DNA of 64,000 nt from Octopus sinensis (GCF_006345805.1 NC_043020.1:8556001-8620000); one strand, 5' to 3'; shown: positions 1-12,899, numbered from the stretch's first letter. Numbers and translations: made by a program. The notes: generated by a model not told the origin, from the sequence alone.

Positions 1-2353
1 AAACCTGTATGATTACACAAGGCGTTCATAAATGAAGTACCAGTGAAACACTGGGGTCAACGTTATAAAGGGAACTGGTTGCTTCTTTACACTTTTGGGG
101 TGCAACTTGGGTGCAACACAATTTCCTTTCTTTTTGTTTCTAGAAACTACCAGTCAGGAATGAAAAGCAAGTTAAAAAATATATACAATTCTTTATTCTC
201 TTGGTTCAACAATGAAACACGATGGTATGCTGGTATCCACCTAGTTCAACGCAGCAAGGCTGAATTCAAACGTTTGTTAGCTTTACAACAATTCAGCAGC
301 AACAGAACAGGTCAAATCCTAAGCGTCTGGGACAGGAGAATAGGCTGATCACAGGTTTCAAAATATACGTCCTTTCTCTTCTATCGCCGTGTCTCAAGTC
401 CCCGAACGCTATTAAGGAACGCTATGGAATTTATTCTTCAGTCTCTAGTGCATGTGCATGAGGGAACTTCCTTATGCCTTTCCAGAAGGTTCCAGAAGGC
501 TCCAACCCCGCACACACACACTGAAGAAGGACGTTCCGCACACGCACACTGAAGAATGACATTGCGTGTGCGCACACTGGAATATGACGTCACTACAACG
601 TGATTGACTAGTCTCCTCCCTCAAAATTTCAGGCCCTGTGCCTTTAGTAGAAAAGATTATCATTATTAAGGTGGTGAGCTGGCAGAATGGTTAGCACACC
701 AGAAAAAAACACTTAGTGGCATTTGAGCCATCTTTACATTCTGAGTTCAAATTCTGCCAAGGTCGACTTTGCTTTTCATCCGTTTGGGGTTGATGAAATA
801 AGTACCAGTTACATACTAGGGTTGATATAATCGACCAGCCCCCTCCCCCACAATTTCAGGCCTTGTGCCTACTATGATAAAAAGGATTATTATTATCATC
901 ATTATTAAGGGTTAGCACACCAAACAAAACGCTTAGTGGCATTTGAGCCATCTTTACATTCTGAGTTCAAATTCTGGCAGGGTCATCTTTACTTTTCATC
1001 CATTTGGGCTTGATGAAAATAGTACCAGTTACATACTGGGGTTGATATAACCGACTATCCTCTCCCGCCAAATTCCAGGCCTTGTGCCTACAGAAGAAAA
1101 GATTATCATCCTTTCTTCTATTAATAAAATCATCCTATTAATTTTCTTAATTTTGGTCATTTGGTTTGCTAGAAATAGGAGCAAAATCACCCTTAAACTG
1201 TACCTGAATGTCTTAAGGGGGTCCATAAAGTCCATATGTGCAATGCTACAAAACTACTAAATTCCTAAGCTTGAACAATTAGAATTGATAGAGAATACAA
1301 TTTCTCAACAAAATGGTGCATCTTGTCACTTTGCTCTGCAAGTTAGGGAATTTCTCATTTCTCATTTAGAAATTCCCTAACAGATATATATATATATATA
1401 TATATAGAAACACTGTCAAATCAGACTGGAGCCTGGTGCAGCCTCCATGGCTTCCCAGACCCCGGTCGAACCGTCTAACCCATGCTAGCATGGAAAACGG
1501 ACGTTAAATGATGATGATGATGATGGATTGGAAAAAGTGGCCGACACTTTCTCCAGATTTGACTCGATTAATGATGTGAGTTCAAATCTGACTGAGGTGG
1601 ACTGTGCTTTTCATTCCTTTTGGGCCAATAAAATAAAGTAGCAATCAAGTATCCAAGTTGATGGAATCAACAAACCTCCAGTCTTCAGAATCGTTAGTAG
1701 CCTTGAGACTGAATTAGAAACTTCAGGCTGTATTCACTTTGAGATTTGTTGTTAAATGACTTGTTTATGGGAAAAGAAGGGTTAGGATAGGAAGAAAGGT
1801 TTAAAAGACCATAAATTAACCCTTTAGCATTTAACCCTTTAGCATTTAAACTGGCCATATCCGGCCAAAAGTATTCTGCCTGTTTTATGTTCAAACTGGC
1901 CAGATCTAGTCTCTCACACTAACCCTACAATGTTGTTTTAAAAATTAATAGTTACCTCATCAAAATCTCATAGCTACAAGAGAATGCATGATTAGTTCAA
2001 AACAATGTGGATGAAAAGACATTAATTGTGGCAGAATAATGCTAACACTAATGGGTTAAACTGACCCCCATCTGACCCAAAATGTTCTACTGTTTTTATG
2101 TTCAAACTGGCCAGATCTGGCATCTTGCACCTACCCTACAAGGTCATTCTCAAAATATACAATCACATCATTGAAGTTATGAGATAATGCAGAATTAAGT
2201 GAAAACAATGTGAATGGATAAGGAATGCATTTGATGGGGTGATCGGGATGCTAAGGGGTCGAGGCATGGGTTTCTAAAAGGATTCACAGAAGAAATAAGA
2301 AATACAGGAGTTGATAAAGCGAGAAGTGTTTTAAGGGAAGTGGAAAGACTCAC

Positions 2354-2405
2354 CCATGTATATTGTGTTTAATTCTCCTTTGCCATTACTGACGACAAGT
2401 TTCAA
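2354..2405 (-). CDS. COMMD7: COMMD7 exon 8 (LKLVVSNGKGELNTIYM); last exon not found in window
   Basis: ttcctttcag acceptor, G|gtgagt donor, 52 nt; aligns with LKLVVKKGNQTENVYI. Confidence 0.96.
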
Positions 2406-2462
2406 CTGAAAGGAAGCGAAAAGAAGGAGTATAAATAAATTATTGATGAGTGAGAAGAGAGA

Positions 2463-2832
2463 CTGAGAGACACAGAGGGGGGGGAACAGAGGGGGAGAGG
2501 GAGAGACAAGTAATGAGAGGGAAAGAGACAGTGAGTGAGGGAGACATCGAGAAAGGGAAACAGTGAGACAGGGAGAGACAGGAGAAAGAGAGAGAGGGAC
2601 AGAAAGAGGGGGAGGGAGATAGCAAGAAGAGAGAGAGAGAGAGAGTGACACAGGGAGGGGGAACAGAGGGGGAGGGGGAGAGACAAGTAATGAGAGGGAA
2701 AGAGACAGTGAGAGAGGGAGACATCGAGAAAGGGAAACAGTGAGAGACTAACAGACAGACACAGAGAGACAGGAGAAAGAGAAAGACGGACAGAAAGAGG
2801 GGGAGAGAGATAGCAAGAAGAAGAAGAAGAAG

Positions 2833-2880
<48 letters not shown>
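2463..2880. repeat. GA-rich tract with a ~180-bp tandem duplication in COMMD7 intron 7
   Basis: gagacaagtaatgagagggaaagagacagtgag...gagacatcgagaaagggaaacagtgaga occurs twice. Confidence 0.9.
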
Positions 2881-2998
2881 ACTAGAAATAAATGGGACCC
2901 TTCTTTCCCCAAAAAACACAATGTGTTTCCCTTCAAGATGAAGACCACAAAAACCTGACAGCCATAAAATTCGTGGAAACAAAGAGAGGATTTCTTAC

Positions 2999-3048
2999 CT
3001 GTATAAAGGTGTTGCCGACTTTGCTGAGCTCACTGCTGGATAAGGTCA
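2999..3048 (-). CDS. COMMD7: COMMD7 exon 7 (VTLSSSELSKVGNTFIQ)
   Basis: ttcttgttgcag acceptor, CAG|gtaaga donor, 50 nt; aligns with VTSGSSELEKVGSIFLQ. Confidence 0.96.
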
Positions 3049-3551
3049 CTGCAACAAGAAAGGGTTCAAATGTTAGGGTTACTAACATCAAACAGGTTTT
3101 TTGGCCAATGGTTGGATACTTTTTGACTACACCTCATATATACACACATATCTGTATACATATATATATACGCACACACGTGTATACATATATCTATATG
3201 CATACGCACACACGTGTAGGCACATGGCTTAATGGTTAGAATGTTGCGCTTGTGATCATGAGGTTGTGGTTTCAATCCCTGGACCAGACATTGCATTGTG
3301 CGCTCGAGCAAAACACTTCATCTCACATTGCTCTGCGATCACTTTGACACCTGATGTGTGGCACACCTGTTGCCCCTGTTCAGGTAATGTTGATTTGATT
3401 GAGGGAACGAGCTAATATACAGGGCATATATATGTTTTATCCCTCTATAAACAAATCCTTTTGTGTAGGTTGTTCAGCAAGAAATTGCAGAACCGTCTTT
3501 CTTGGACCACAAGAGACTACCATCATCATCATCATCATACATATAACTATA

Positions 3552-4143
3552 TGTAAGTCTGAGTTAATGTCCTCTTGTCTTGACACTGCATGACAGTTGT
3601 AAACGAGTGCCACTGTTATACAAGTGGAGTCATTTGTGAAAACTTGTTCAGTCAAGTGAATTTGCCATATCCTGAACGCCTTACTTCCCTGGGCATGGAC
3701 ACATTGAAACTCCGACGTCTGGCAGCTGACTTGGCAGACACCCATAAAATTATCAACCATCGTACAAACAATAACTCTGAGCACCTCTTCAAACTCCACC
3801 CATCTAACACCCGTGGACATATTTACAAAGTAAGAAAACAGCACAGCTCCCATGACTTTAGGAAACATTTTTTCACGCTGAGAGTTGCTGAAGCATGGAA
3901 CAAACTGCCGGCATCGGTTGTTAGTTGTCGGAGCACTGCATCCTTCAAAACTTCCATGCTTTCTGAGATTCGCCAACACTACGCTTGATTTTCTCCCCTC
4001 CATACACACACAAGCATGTATCTGACTCATACATTGTTCGCTTTCCAGACATTTCTACATTACTGCATGTACTTTATACGCACTTTCTGACAAGTTGTGG
4101 TGCACCTGAGCACTGTATACAATAATTTCATTATTATTATTAT
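3552..4143 (+). mobile_element. CR1/L2-like LINE 3' fragment in COMMD7 intron 6
   Basis: ORF 3590-3988 ends ...TRGHIYKVRKQHSSHDFRKHFFTLRVAEAWNKLP..., typical of the CR1-group ORF2 C-terminus; 3' UTR ends in (ATT)n. Confidence 0.88.
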
Positions 4144-4309
4144 AAAATAATACAAGATGAGGAGTGGATAGAAAGTGTGAGAGAGATTGAAGGAGATTAA
4201 GATTAACAGATTAAAGAAGTCAAATAAAAACATCTAAAGACCTTTGGCAAAAATGGGTTGAAATACTGAAGATTAGAAAGAAATGGATAAACAGGAACAA
4301 ATGCCTTAC

Positions 4310-4400
4310 CTCCAAATTTCCAATCCATGTCCACTAATTGATTAACCATCAATGTTTGACCAAGGGCTGTAGCAGATAGACTGGCCATATTCTTCTTCCA
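4310..4400 (-). CDS. COMMD7: COMMD7 exon 6 (WKKNMASLSATALGQTLMVNQLVDMDWKFG), start of the COMM domain
   Basis: tttgtgtag acceptor, G|gtaagg donor, 91 nt; GQTLM-NQL-DM-WKFG is the COMMD7-type COMM-domain signature. Confidence 0.97.
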
Positions 4401-4875
4401 CTACACAAACATGGATGTAAAAAGAAAAGAAAGAATATAAAGAATTTCCTGATTTTGGTCTGGAATTTTATAAATTATAATGCGCTGGTGCCATGTAAAG
4501 AGTGGCACTGGTGCCATGTAAAGAGTGGCACTGGTGCCACGTAAAAAGCATTGGGACTGGTGCCATGTAAAAGGCACAGATACTGGTGTCGCATTAAAAA
4601 CATCCAGTACACATTAGGAAGGGCATCCAGCCATAGAAACCATGCCAGAACAGACAGGGAGCCTGGTGTCCCCACCGCCTCCTTAACAATTTTTTTCACA
4701 CAATTCCTAATAATCTTTAATTATAAAAACAAAATAGGGTCTTTTTAACACCAAATGGCTATAAGAGTCCAGCAGAGTAGAATAGAGATCAAAGGGGTCT
4801 ATACGTTGAAAAAAAGGATGAAAACCTCTGCCCTAAATAAACGTGTAAGGATAGAAAGCACAGAGAGATATTTAC

Positions 4876-4913
4876 CTGTTCTGTAAAGTATTCAGCTTTC
4901 TCTTGTGACAATC
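4876..4913 (-). CDS. COMMD7: COMMD7 exon 5 (GLSQEKAEYFTEQ)
   Basis: ttctttgcag acceptor, CAG|gtaaat donor, 38 nt; aligns with GLSEEKATYFSEK. Confidence 0.93.
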
Positions 4914-5050
4914 CTGCAAAGAACAATATTTAGTGTTAGACAAGAGTGAGATGGCAGATGTTAGAGATGAGTGTGGAGAGAGGGCAGCTCTGCGTGAATA
5001 TTCAACTAGCAGAGACTGTGAAGTAAAATACATAAAATAAAATAACCTTA

Positions 5051-5395
5051 TAATAATAATAATTGTGTACAGTGCTCAGGTGCACTACAACTCATCTAAA
5101 GTGTATATATAATCAGGTGTAGTTTTGGCGGATTTCGGAAAGCATGAGGGCCTTAAAGGATGCAGTGTCATGGCAGTCAACAACTGACGCAGGCAGTTTG
5201 TTCCATGCTTCAGCAACTCTGAGCGTGAAAAAATGTTTCCGAAAGTCATGGGAGCTGTGTTGTTTTCTGACTTTGTAGGCATGTCCACGTGTGTTAGACA
5301 CATGGAGATCAAAAAGGTGTTCAGTGTTGTTGTTGGTGAGGTGGTTGATAACTTTGTGGGTGTTTACCAAGTCCATCGCCACTTATGTGTCTTGA
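5051..5395 (-). mobile_element. CR1/L2-like LINE 3' fragment in COMMD7 intron 4
   Basis: ORF 5113-5382 encodes the same TRGH...RKHFFTLRVAEAWNKLP peptide; (ATT)n tail. Confidence 0.88.
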
Positions 5396-6891
5396 AGGGG
5401 AAGTAGGTTTTTCATGCTTCAAGCAGGGGCCTCGTTTTGAAGAAAATTCCTGACCCAAACATTACAAGTCACTTCTATCCACAAAACACAAAAAAATATT
5501 TTATTCAGAAAATTCTATGAAGATTTTAACTTATGCAGATCTTTACAAGTTTCCTTGAAATTTAGTGTTTTTCTTTTTTTGATGTTGACTTTTGTGTCAG
5601 TGTTGTTGTTAATGACTAACAACAACTGTTGTGTGATAGTGTTGTTGCTGATACTAGTGAACTAACAGTGACTTGTATGATAGTGTTGTTACTAATGATC
5701 TAACAACAGTTCTGTGACTATTGTTGTTGTTGTTAACAAATTAGTGAGTGTGACCAGTGAACTAACAACAAGTGTTGTGTGACAGTTTTGTTGCTGTTAC
5801 TAAGGGACTAACAACGACTGTTGTGTGGAGCTAAACTAATTCACCATCATCCATCTTGATCCCTCTCACTACTCCTTTAGTGAACCTACAATCTCATTAG
5901 GGTCTAGTTGTATCTCTTAAACCACAAGATGGTCTCAGAGACGATGTTTGACTTTAAGTTTCATGGTACAAAGCAGAGGAGAGAAAACTCCTGCTGATAA
6001 ATAACAACAGACTATTGTAGGCAACATTTTCAGATGATAGCAAGCTTCTTATTCTGGCCAACAACTGAATTGTCCTCATATTTTTTCCATCTTTCTTCCT
6101 TGCTGGAATTTTTCAGATGATAATGTATAATAAAGGGTTCTATCAAAGAACACAGCAAGTCCCACCTCCACCCCCCACCATAGGTAAAAGATCTCAACAC
6201 ATGGCTTGCAATTAGGTCCTTCAATTACTTAGTTCATCATCATCTAGCTTTCATGTTCCATGCTGGCATGGGTGGGTTGGTGTGACAGGATCCAACAAGC
6301 TAGAAGACTGTATTAAACCCCAACATCTCCTTTGGCATGGTTTCTACAACTGGATGCCCTTCCTAATGCCAACCACTTTACAAATTGTATTGGGTGCTTT
6401 ACATCCTGTATGGTGGTTAGCGTATATTTGATTCTGTGTTTGACTGGGTTGAATAGGTTTGTAATACACCAAGTTATCTAACATAAAATATTTTCTTTTT
6501 ACTGTTATAGATCCATTGTTCTATGTTTCCATGTCCACTCTGTAAAGTGCTTGGCATTAGGAAGGGCATCCAGCCTTAAAAACCATGCCAAAACAAATAG
6601 TAGAACTTGGTTTAGACCTCAGATGTACCAGCTCCTGCCAAACTGTCCAACCCATGCCAGCAAGGAAGGTGGACTTTAAATGTTGATGATGTGTTCGATA
6701 GTTTTGTTCTTTTCTCTTTGACCACTGACCACTCACCAATGAAATAGGGACAAGAACTGGTTATATATTAACCACCGTCTCCAATGTCTACTTTGCATAG
6801 GTCAGACAAGAGGTATAGTGCGGCAGAAGCTTTCTACAGCCTGATGCCTTTCCTGTCACCAACCTTTACCTGTCTCCAACTGAGGTAATAA

Positions 6892-7268
6892 TACTCTTTA
6901 CTCTTTTACTTGTTTCAGTCATTTGACTGCGGCCATGCTGGAGCACCGCCTTTCATCGAGCAACTCGACCCCGGGACTTATTCTTTGTAAGCCTAGTACT
7001 TATTCTATCGGTCTCTTTTGCCGAACCGCTAAGTGATGGGGACATAAACACACCAGCATTGGTTGTCAAGCAATGCTAGGGGGACAAACACAGACACACA
7101 AACACATATATACGACGGGCTTCTTTCAGTTTCCGTCTACCAAATCCACTCACAAGGCTTTGGTTGGCTCGAGGCTATAGTAGAAGACACTTGCCCAAGG
7201 TGCCACGCAGTGGAACTGAACCCGGAACCATGTGGTTGGTAAGCAAGCTACGTACCACACAGCCACTC
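6892..7268 (-). mobile_element. SINE family A (tRNA-like head, internal TA/TG tract, GACTGAAACAAGTAAAAGAG tail)
   Basis: A-box TGGCTGTGTGG and B-box GGTTCAGTTCC; more than 20 full or partial copies in the window. Confidence 0.9.
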
Positions 7269-7677
7269 GTCCCAGTCTATTGAAGAACAAACAGCTCAGA
7301 CATGCTTAGATGGAAAACCGGAAACAAATGATACCAAATGAATGAGCTTTTTCTTTTCAAAGATTACACAACATGGCAAATAACCTGGACATGCTTTTGC
7401 TGTGGACTGTAAGCAAATAACGTCAATAATTAACAAAGCCACTGATTAAAATCAGTGAGTAAAACACGTGTAGGACAGGGACATACAAACTCACATGTGC
7501 CAAGCTTCTTTCAGTTTCCATCTACCAAATCCATTCACAAGGCTTTGGTCAGCCTGGATTCGTAACAGAACTTGCCTAAGGTGCCATGCAGTGGAACTGA
7601 ACCCAAAATTATGCAGTTGGGAAACAAACTTCTTAATCACACAGCCATGTGGAAGGCAAATTGGAAAGAAACAAGTG

Positions 7678-8088
7678 TAGGAGTGGCTGTGTGGTAAGTA
7701 GCTTGTTTACCAACCACATGGTTCCGGGTTCAGTCCCACTGCGTGGCACCTTGGGCAAGTGTCTTCTACTATAGCCTCGGGCCGACCAATGCCTTGTGAG
7801 TGGATTTGGTAGACGGAAACTGAAAGAAGCCGGTCGTATATATTTACATATATATATATATGCGTGTGTGTGTTTGTGTGTCTGTGTTTGTCCCCCTAGC
7901 ATTGCTTGACAACCGATGCTGGTGTGTTAAAGTCCCCGTTACCTAGTGGTTCAGCAAAAGAGACCGATAGAAAAAGTACTGGGCTTACAAAAGAATAAGT
8001 CCCGGGGTCGAGTTGCTCGACTAAAGGCAGTGCTCCAGCATGGCCGCAGTCAAATGATTGAAACAAGTAAAAGAGTAAAAAAGAGTAA
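7678..8088 (+). mobile_element. SINE family A
   Basis: Full-length match to the other copies. Confidence 0.9.
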
Positions 8089-8854
8089 GTGTTATTATGC
8101 TCAGCCATACTCAACACACTGGATGAGAAAATAATAAGGGAACCTCTATGCGGTCACCCTTTCTGCTAAAAATAACAGCTAAATCTCTTTCAACTAACAT
8201 CACGCCGTCTTTACAAAATGAATTAAAAAAAGAAAAACACACTGGATAATGTAGTCTTGGATATACTTTGCCTATGTGAAGGCATGTGGCTTAGTGTTAG
8301 AGTGTTTGGCTCACAGTTGTAAGGCCATGAGTTCGATTTCCAGTGGTGCATTGCATCCTTGAGCAAGCCTTTTTATTTCACATTGCTGCAGTCCACTCAG
8401 CTGGCAAAAATGAATAGTACCTGTATTTCAAAGGGGTCAGCCTTGTCACATTTTTTTGTCAGACTGGATCTCCCTCGGTACTATGTTAAGGGCGTGTGTG
8501 TGTATCTGTGGAGTACTCAGCCACTAGCACATTAATTTCATGATCAAGCTGTCCTGTTGATCAGATTGACCGGAAATCCTTGGAATGCCAGTGGAGGACT
8601 ATGCCTAAATAAATAAAAATTAATCTGATGGGTTGGTCAAGTTTGGAGTGTCTCTGAGTATAGGGTTACAGCATCGCAATTAACCTAGGGCAAAACAATG
8701 ACAACATACTGGGGGCATGAAGCTGTAGTAGTAAGGTTTGAACTCAGAACACTAACCCCTCACAGTGTGTTCCTGTACACAAAAAAACAAATAAACAATA
8801 ATTATAATTATAAAATAAACATTAAATAAAAATAAATAAAAATTATTGTACATA

Positions 8855-9724
8855 GGCGCAGGAGTGGCTGTGTGATAAGCAGCTTGCTTACCAACCACAT
8901 GGTTCCGGGTTCAGTCCCACTGCGTGGCACCTTGGGCAAGTGTCTTCTGCTATAGCCTTGGGCCGACCAAAGCCTTGTGAGTGGATTTGGTAGACGGAAA
9001 CTGAAAGAAGCCTGTCGTATATATGTATATATGTATGTGTGTGTATATGTTTGTGTGTCTGTGTTTGTCCCCCTAGCATTGCTTGACAACCGATGCTGGT
9101 GTGTTTACGTCCCCGTCACTTAGCGGTTCGGCAAAAGAGACCGATAGAATAAGTACTGGGCTTACAAAAGAATAAGTCCCGGGGTCGATTTGCTTGACTA
9201 AAGGCGGTGCTCCAGCATGGCCGCAGTCAAATGACTGAAACAAGTAAAAGAGTAAAAGAGAGAGTATTAAATAAAAATAAATAAAAATTATTGTACATAG
9301 GCACAGGAGTGGCTGTGTGGTAAGTAGCTTGCTTACCAACCACACGGTTCCGGGTTCAGTCCCACTTCATGGCACCTTGGGCAAGTGTCTTCTACTATAG
9401 CCTCGGGCCGACCAATGCCTTGTGAGTGGATTTGGTAGACGGAAACTGAAAGAAGCCCGTCGTATATATGTATATATATATATATATATATGCATGTGTG
9501 TGTTTGAGTGTCTGTGTTTGTCTCCCTAGCATTGCTTGACAACCGATGCTGGTGTGTTTACGTTCCCGTCACTTAGCGGCTCGGCAAAAGAGACCGATAG
9601 AATAAGTACTGGGCTTACAAAAGAATAAGTCCCAGGGTCGATTTGCTTGACTTTTAAAGGCGGTGCTCCAGCATGGCCGCAGTCAAATGACTGAAACAAG
9701 TAAAAGAGAGAAAGAGAGAAAGAG
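8855..9724 (+). mobile_element. Two tandem SINE family A copies
   Basis: Copies at about 8855-9264 and 9300-9724 share the same upstream flank. Confidence 0.92.
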
Positions 9725-9758
9725 TATAATTTTAATGGAAATTTCCGTAAATACTTAC

Positions 9759-9815
9759 CAAAACTGATTAGTTCTTCCTGAAAGGTGGCTGGTGCCACGC
9801 CCCTTCTTAAAGCAT
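9759..9815 (-). CDS. COMMD7: COMMD7 exon 4 (DALRRGVAPATFQEELISFG)
   Basis: Pyrimidine tract ending tccag, G|gtaagt donor, 57 nt, phase 1 to 1; aligns with GALKKSLTAKQVQADFITLG. Confidence 0.93.
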
Positions 9816-9886
9816 CTGGACAAAGAGAGAGAAAGAAAAATAAGTTAGAATATTAAACACTAAATCAAGTTAAATTATTATTATTA

Positions 9887-10318
9887 TCTCTCTATATATA
9901 AACGGCAGTTTGTCTGTGTGTGTGTGTGTCAGGTTGTACCCTCACCCTGACCACGGCTTTCAACCGATTCTCATGAAACTTGACACACACGTAGCCCAAT
10001 GTCATAATTCAAAACTAACGCAGCGAAAATTTTGAAAAGTTCCCCCAGTTCTGAAAAAAATCGATAAATTCGACATGGGGTCGAGAATCTAAGCTTTTTA
10101 TATGCAACACATTTTCTGTCCAGGGGACACAACTCGACCTTTTTATCGCCCAAAGCGACAGCTAGGAACATCGTATACACAGAAGTATTCGAGTGAAGAG
10201 AAGACATTGCAACCTACACATGCGCCTTCGTTCCCTAGAGGGAAAGGACTAGATTGGGATTAGTCGTTGCCTACTAGGGGCTCTTACATACCCGGGCAAC
10301 GCCGGGCTATGCTGCTAG
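9887..10318 (+). mobile_element. Non-autonomous Helitron-like element
   Basis: A|TC 5' end, subterminal hairpin CCCGG-GCAACG-CCGGG, 3' CTAG|T, no TSD; inserted in an (ATT)n tract. Confidence 0.85.
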
Positions 10319-10920
10319 TTATTATTATAATTATTATTATTATTGTGGTGAGCTGGCAGAATTGTTAGCATGCTGGGCAAAAAGCTTAGCAGTATTTCGC
10401 CTGTCTTTATGTTCTGAGTTCAAATTCTGCCATGGTCGACTTTGCCTTTCATCCCTTTGGGGTTGATAAATCAAGTACCAGTTGATCACTGGGGCTGATG
10501 TAATCAACTATCCCCCACCCGCCAAATTTCAGGCCTTGTGCCTAGAGTAGAAAGGATTATTATTATTGTTGTTGTTGTCGTTGTCCTTCTATTCATATTC
10601 TAACCTCTCTTCACCTTGTACAAAGGCACCTCTGCCAATGCTCTCCTCCACTCGGTCAAGTGGTTTTGTCCTGTGAGTTACTTAGTGACCTTGCTGGTGC
10701 TAGCAGCATGAAAAGAAGCATCCAGTACCCTCCTCTGTAAAGTGGTTGGCTTTAAGAAGGGCATCCAGGACTAGAAACCCTGCCAAAGCAGACATCGGAG
10801 CTTGGTGCTGTCCTCTGGCTCATCAGTTCCGATTGAACCATCAACCCATGCTAGCATGGAAGGAGGGCATCAAGTAATGATGATGATAATTAGAAGTTAG
10901 TCAATGCTGGCAGATTCATT

Positions 10921-11085
10921 AATAATAATAATAATAATAATAATTGTGTAAAGTGCTCAGGTGCACTACAACTCATCTAAAGTGTATATATAATCAGGTG
11001 TAGTTTCGGCGGATTTCAGAAAGCATGAGGGCCTTAAAGGATGCAGTGTCATGGCAGTCAACAACTGACGCAGGCAGTTTATTCC
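10921..11085 (-). mobile_element. Short CR1/L2-like 3' fragment
   Basis: Near-identical to 5051-5200; (ATT)n tail. Confidence 0.8.
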
Positions 11086-11363
11086 ATAGCTAGAGTGTGT
11101 GCTGCTTGGGGCAGCCCTTCCATTCGCTGCCCCCGGATCCCGCAAAAAACACATATTGCCAACAGCAGAGCCAAATGTTCCACCCAGGGCAGACCACCCC
11201 TACTGCCCTCTTCACTAGCTACGCCAGTGATTAAGGCATCAGAAAAACTACTTTGTGGTATTTCTTAGAGCTCTTTCATTCTGAGGCCTTCTCTCTCTCT
11301 CTTTCTCACTGTTTCTGTCATTTTCCTTTCTAACTCTTTCCCACCTCCCTCTCTTTCCTTGTC

Positions 11364-11743
11364 CTACAATGGCCCAGTGGTTAGGGCAGCGGACTCGCGG
11401 TCATAGGATCGCGGTTTCGATTCCCAGACCGGGCGTTGTGAGTGTTTATTGAGCGAAAAACACCTAAAGCTCCACGAGGCTCCGGCAGGGGATGGTGGCG
11501 ATCCCTGCTGTACTCTTTCACCACAACTTTCTCTCACTCTTACTTCCTGTTTCTGTTGTACCTGTATTTCAAAGGGCCGGCCTTGTCACTCTCTGTGTCA
11601 CGCTGAATATCCCCGAGAACTACGTTAAGGGTACACATGTCTGTGGAGTGCTCAGCCACTTACACGTTAATTTCACGAGCAGGCTGTTCCGTTGATTCGG
11701 ATCAACCAGAACCCTCGTCGTCGTAACCGATGGAGTGCTTCCA
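11364..11743 (+). mobile_element. SINE family B1 (tRNA-like head; second copy at 25074-25413)
   Basis: TGGCCCAGTGG A-box, GGTTTCGATTCCC B-box; the 3' half is shared with family B2. Confidence 0.88.
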
Positions 11744-12117
11744 CTCTATTGTCAAATATCTCCCTTATAGTAAGGCAACCATCTCTGTCTCTCCATCATG
11801 CTGTAACCCATTGCCTGGCACACAGTCACTCCTTTTGGTTCCCATTCCCTCTCTCAGCTGAGAGGTTTTTGTCTTGCAAGCTATTTGGTGACCCTGTGGG
11901 TGCTGGTGCCACATTAAAAAAGCACTCATGCTGGTGTCACGTAAAAAGCATCCAGTAAACTCTGTAAAGTGGTTGGCACTAGAAAAAGCATCCAACTCAA
12001 GCCAAAACAGATAATTGGAGACTGGTGCAGCTCTCTGGCCTTGTCAGCTCCTGTCAAACTGTCCAACCCACACCAGCATGGAAAGCAGATGCTATAAGAT
12101 ACTGATGATATATATAT

Positions 12118-12321
12118 ATCTGTAAAATAATATGTGACAATTATTCAATAGCCAAGATAAAACTCTGAGTTTCGGATGCCGAGGTGGAAATCCACAACAC
12201 CATCGCTTAGGTTATCTGGCCAGATAACCGAAGCGATGGTGTTGTGGATTTCCACCTCAGCATCCGAAACTCAGAGTTTTATCTTGGCTATTGAATAATT
12301 GTCACATATTATTTTACAGAT
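12118..12321. repeat. Palindrome with 102-bp arms, no spacer (centre TGGCCA), in COMMD7 intron 3
   Basis: Arms are reverse complements with 2 mismatches; flanked by (TA)n on the left and by a unique tail plus (TA)n on the right. Confidence 0.95.
12222..12284 (+). ncRNA. Degenerate hammerhead-like motif in the right arm of a palindrome
   Basis: AGATAA-CCGAAGC-GATG...CATC-C-GAA-ACTCAGAGT-T|TTATCT: 6-bp helix I and the same ACTCAGAGT helix III as the 46.7-kb motif, but A9 is replaced. Confidence 0.45.
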
Positions 12322-12899
12322 TAATTTCCTCTATTTACACAATATTGAGGTCTCTTTCTTACTTTTGTTATCTTACCATTTTTACCAATATATATATATA
12401 TTTCTTTTACTTGTTTCAGTCATTTGACTAAGGCCATGTTGGAGGATTGCTTTTAGTCGAACAAATCGACCCCAGGACTTTTTTGTAAGCCTAGTACTTA
12501 TTCTATCGGTCTCTTTTGCTGAGCTGCTAAGTTACTGGGGATGAAAGCACACCAACATTAGTTGTCACGTGATGGTGAGGGGACAAACACAGACACACAG
12601 ATACGTACACACACATATACACGACAGTCTTCTTTCAGTTTCAGTCTACCAAATTGACTCACAAGGCTTTGGTTGGCCCAAGGCTATAGTAAAAGACACT
12701 TGCCCAAGGTGCCGCACAGTAGGACTGAACCTGGAACCATGTAGTTGGGAAGTAAGCTTCTTAGCACACAGATATATAATATATTTTCATTCAAAGCTGA
12801 TGACTCACTCTGTCATTATCCAAATATAACCACCACATGTACAGAATGCTTTTTTTCTCTTATAAACGCAAATACTTCAGCTAATAAAATTCTACTCAC

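Noticed and set aside
43-348. 101-aa ORF
   Set aside because: No recognisable motif or splice context; it starts in a SINE remnant and is antisense within the COMMD7 intron.
1265-1335. Candidate final COMMD7 exon (cttgcag acceptor, EQSDKMHHFVEKLYS...*)
   Set aside because: No resemblance to the expected EL(T/S)LPQFYSFLHEME C-terminus; the true exon is probably outside the window.
11364-11440. tRNA gene
   Set aside because: Has A/B boxes but no complete cloverleaf, and it continues into a multi-copy SINE body; the same applies to the other SINE heads.
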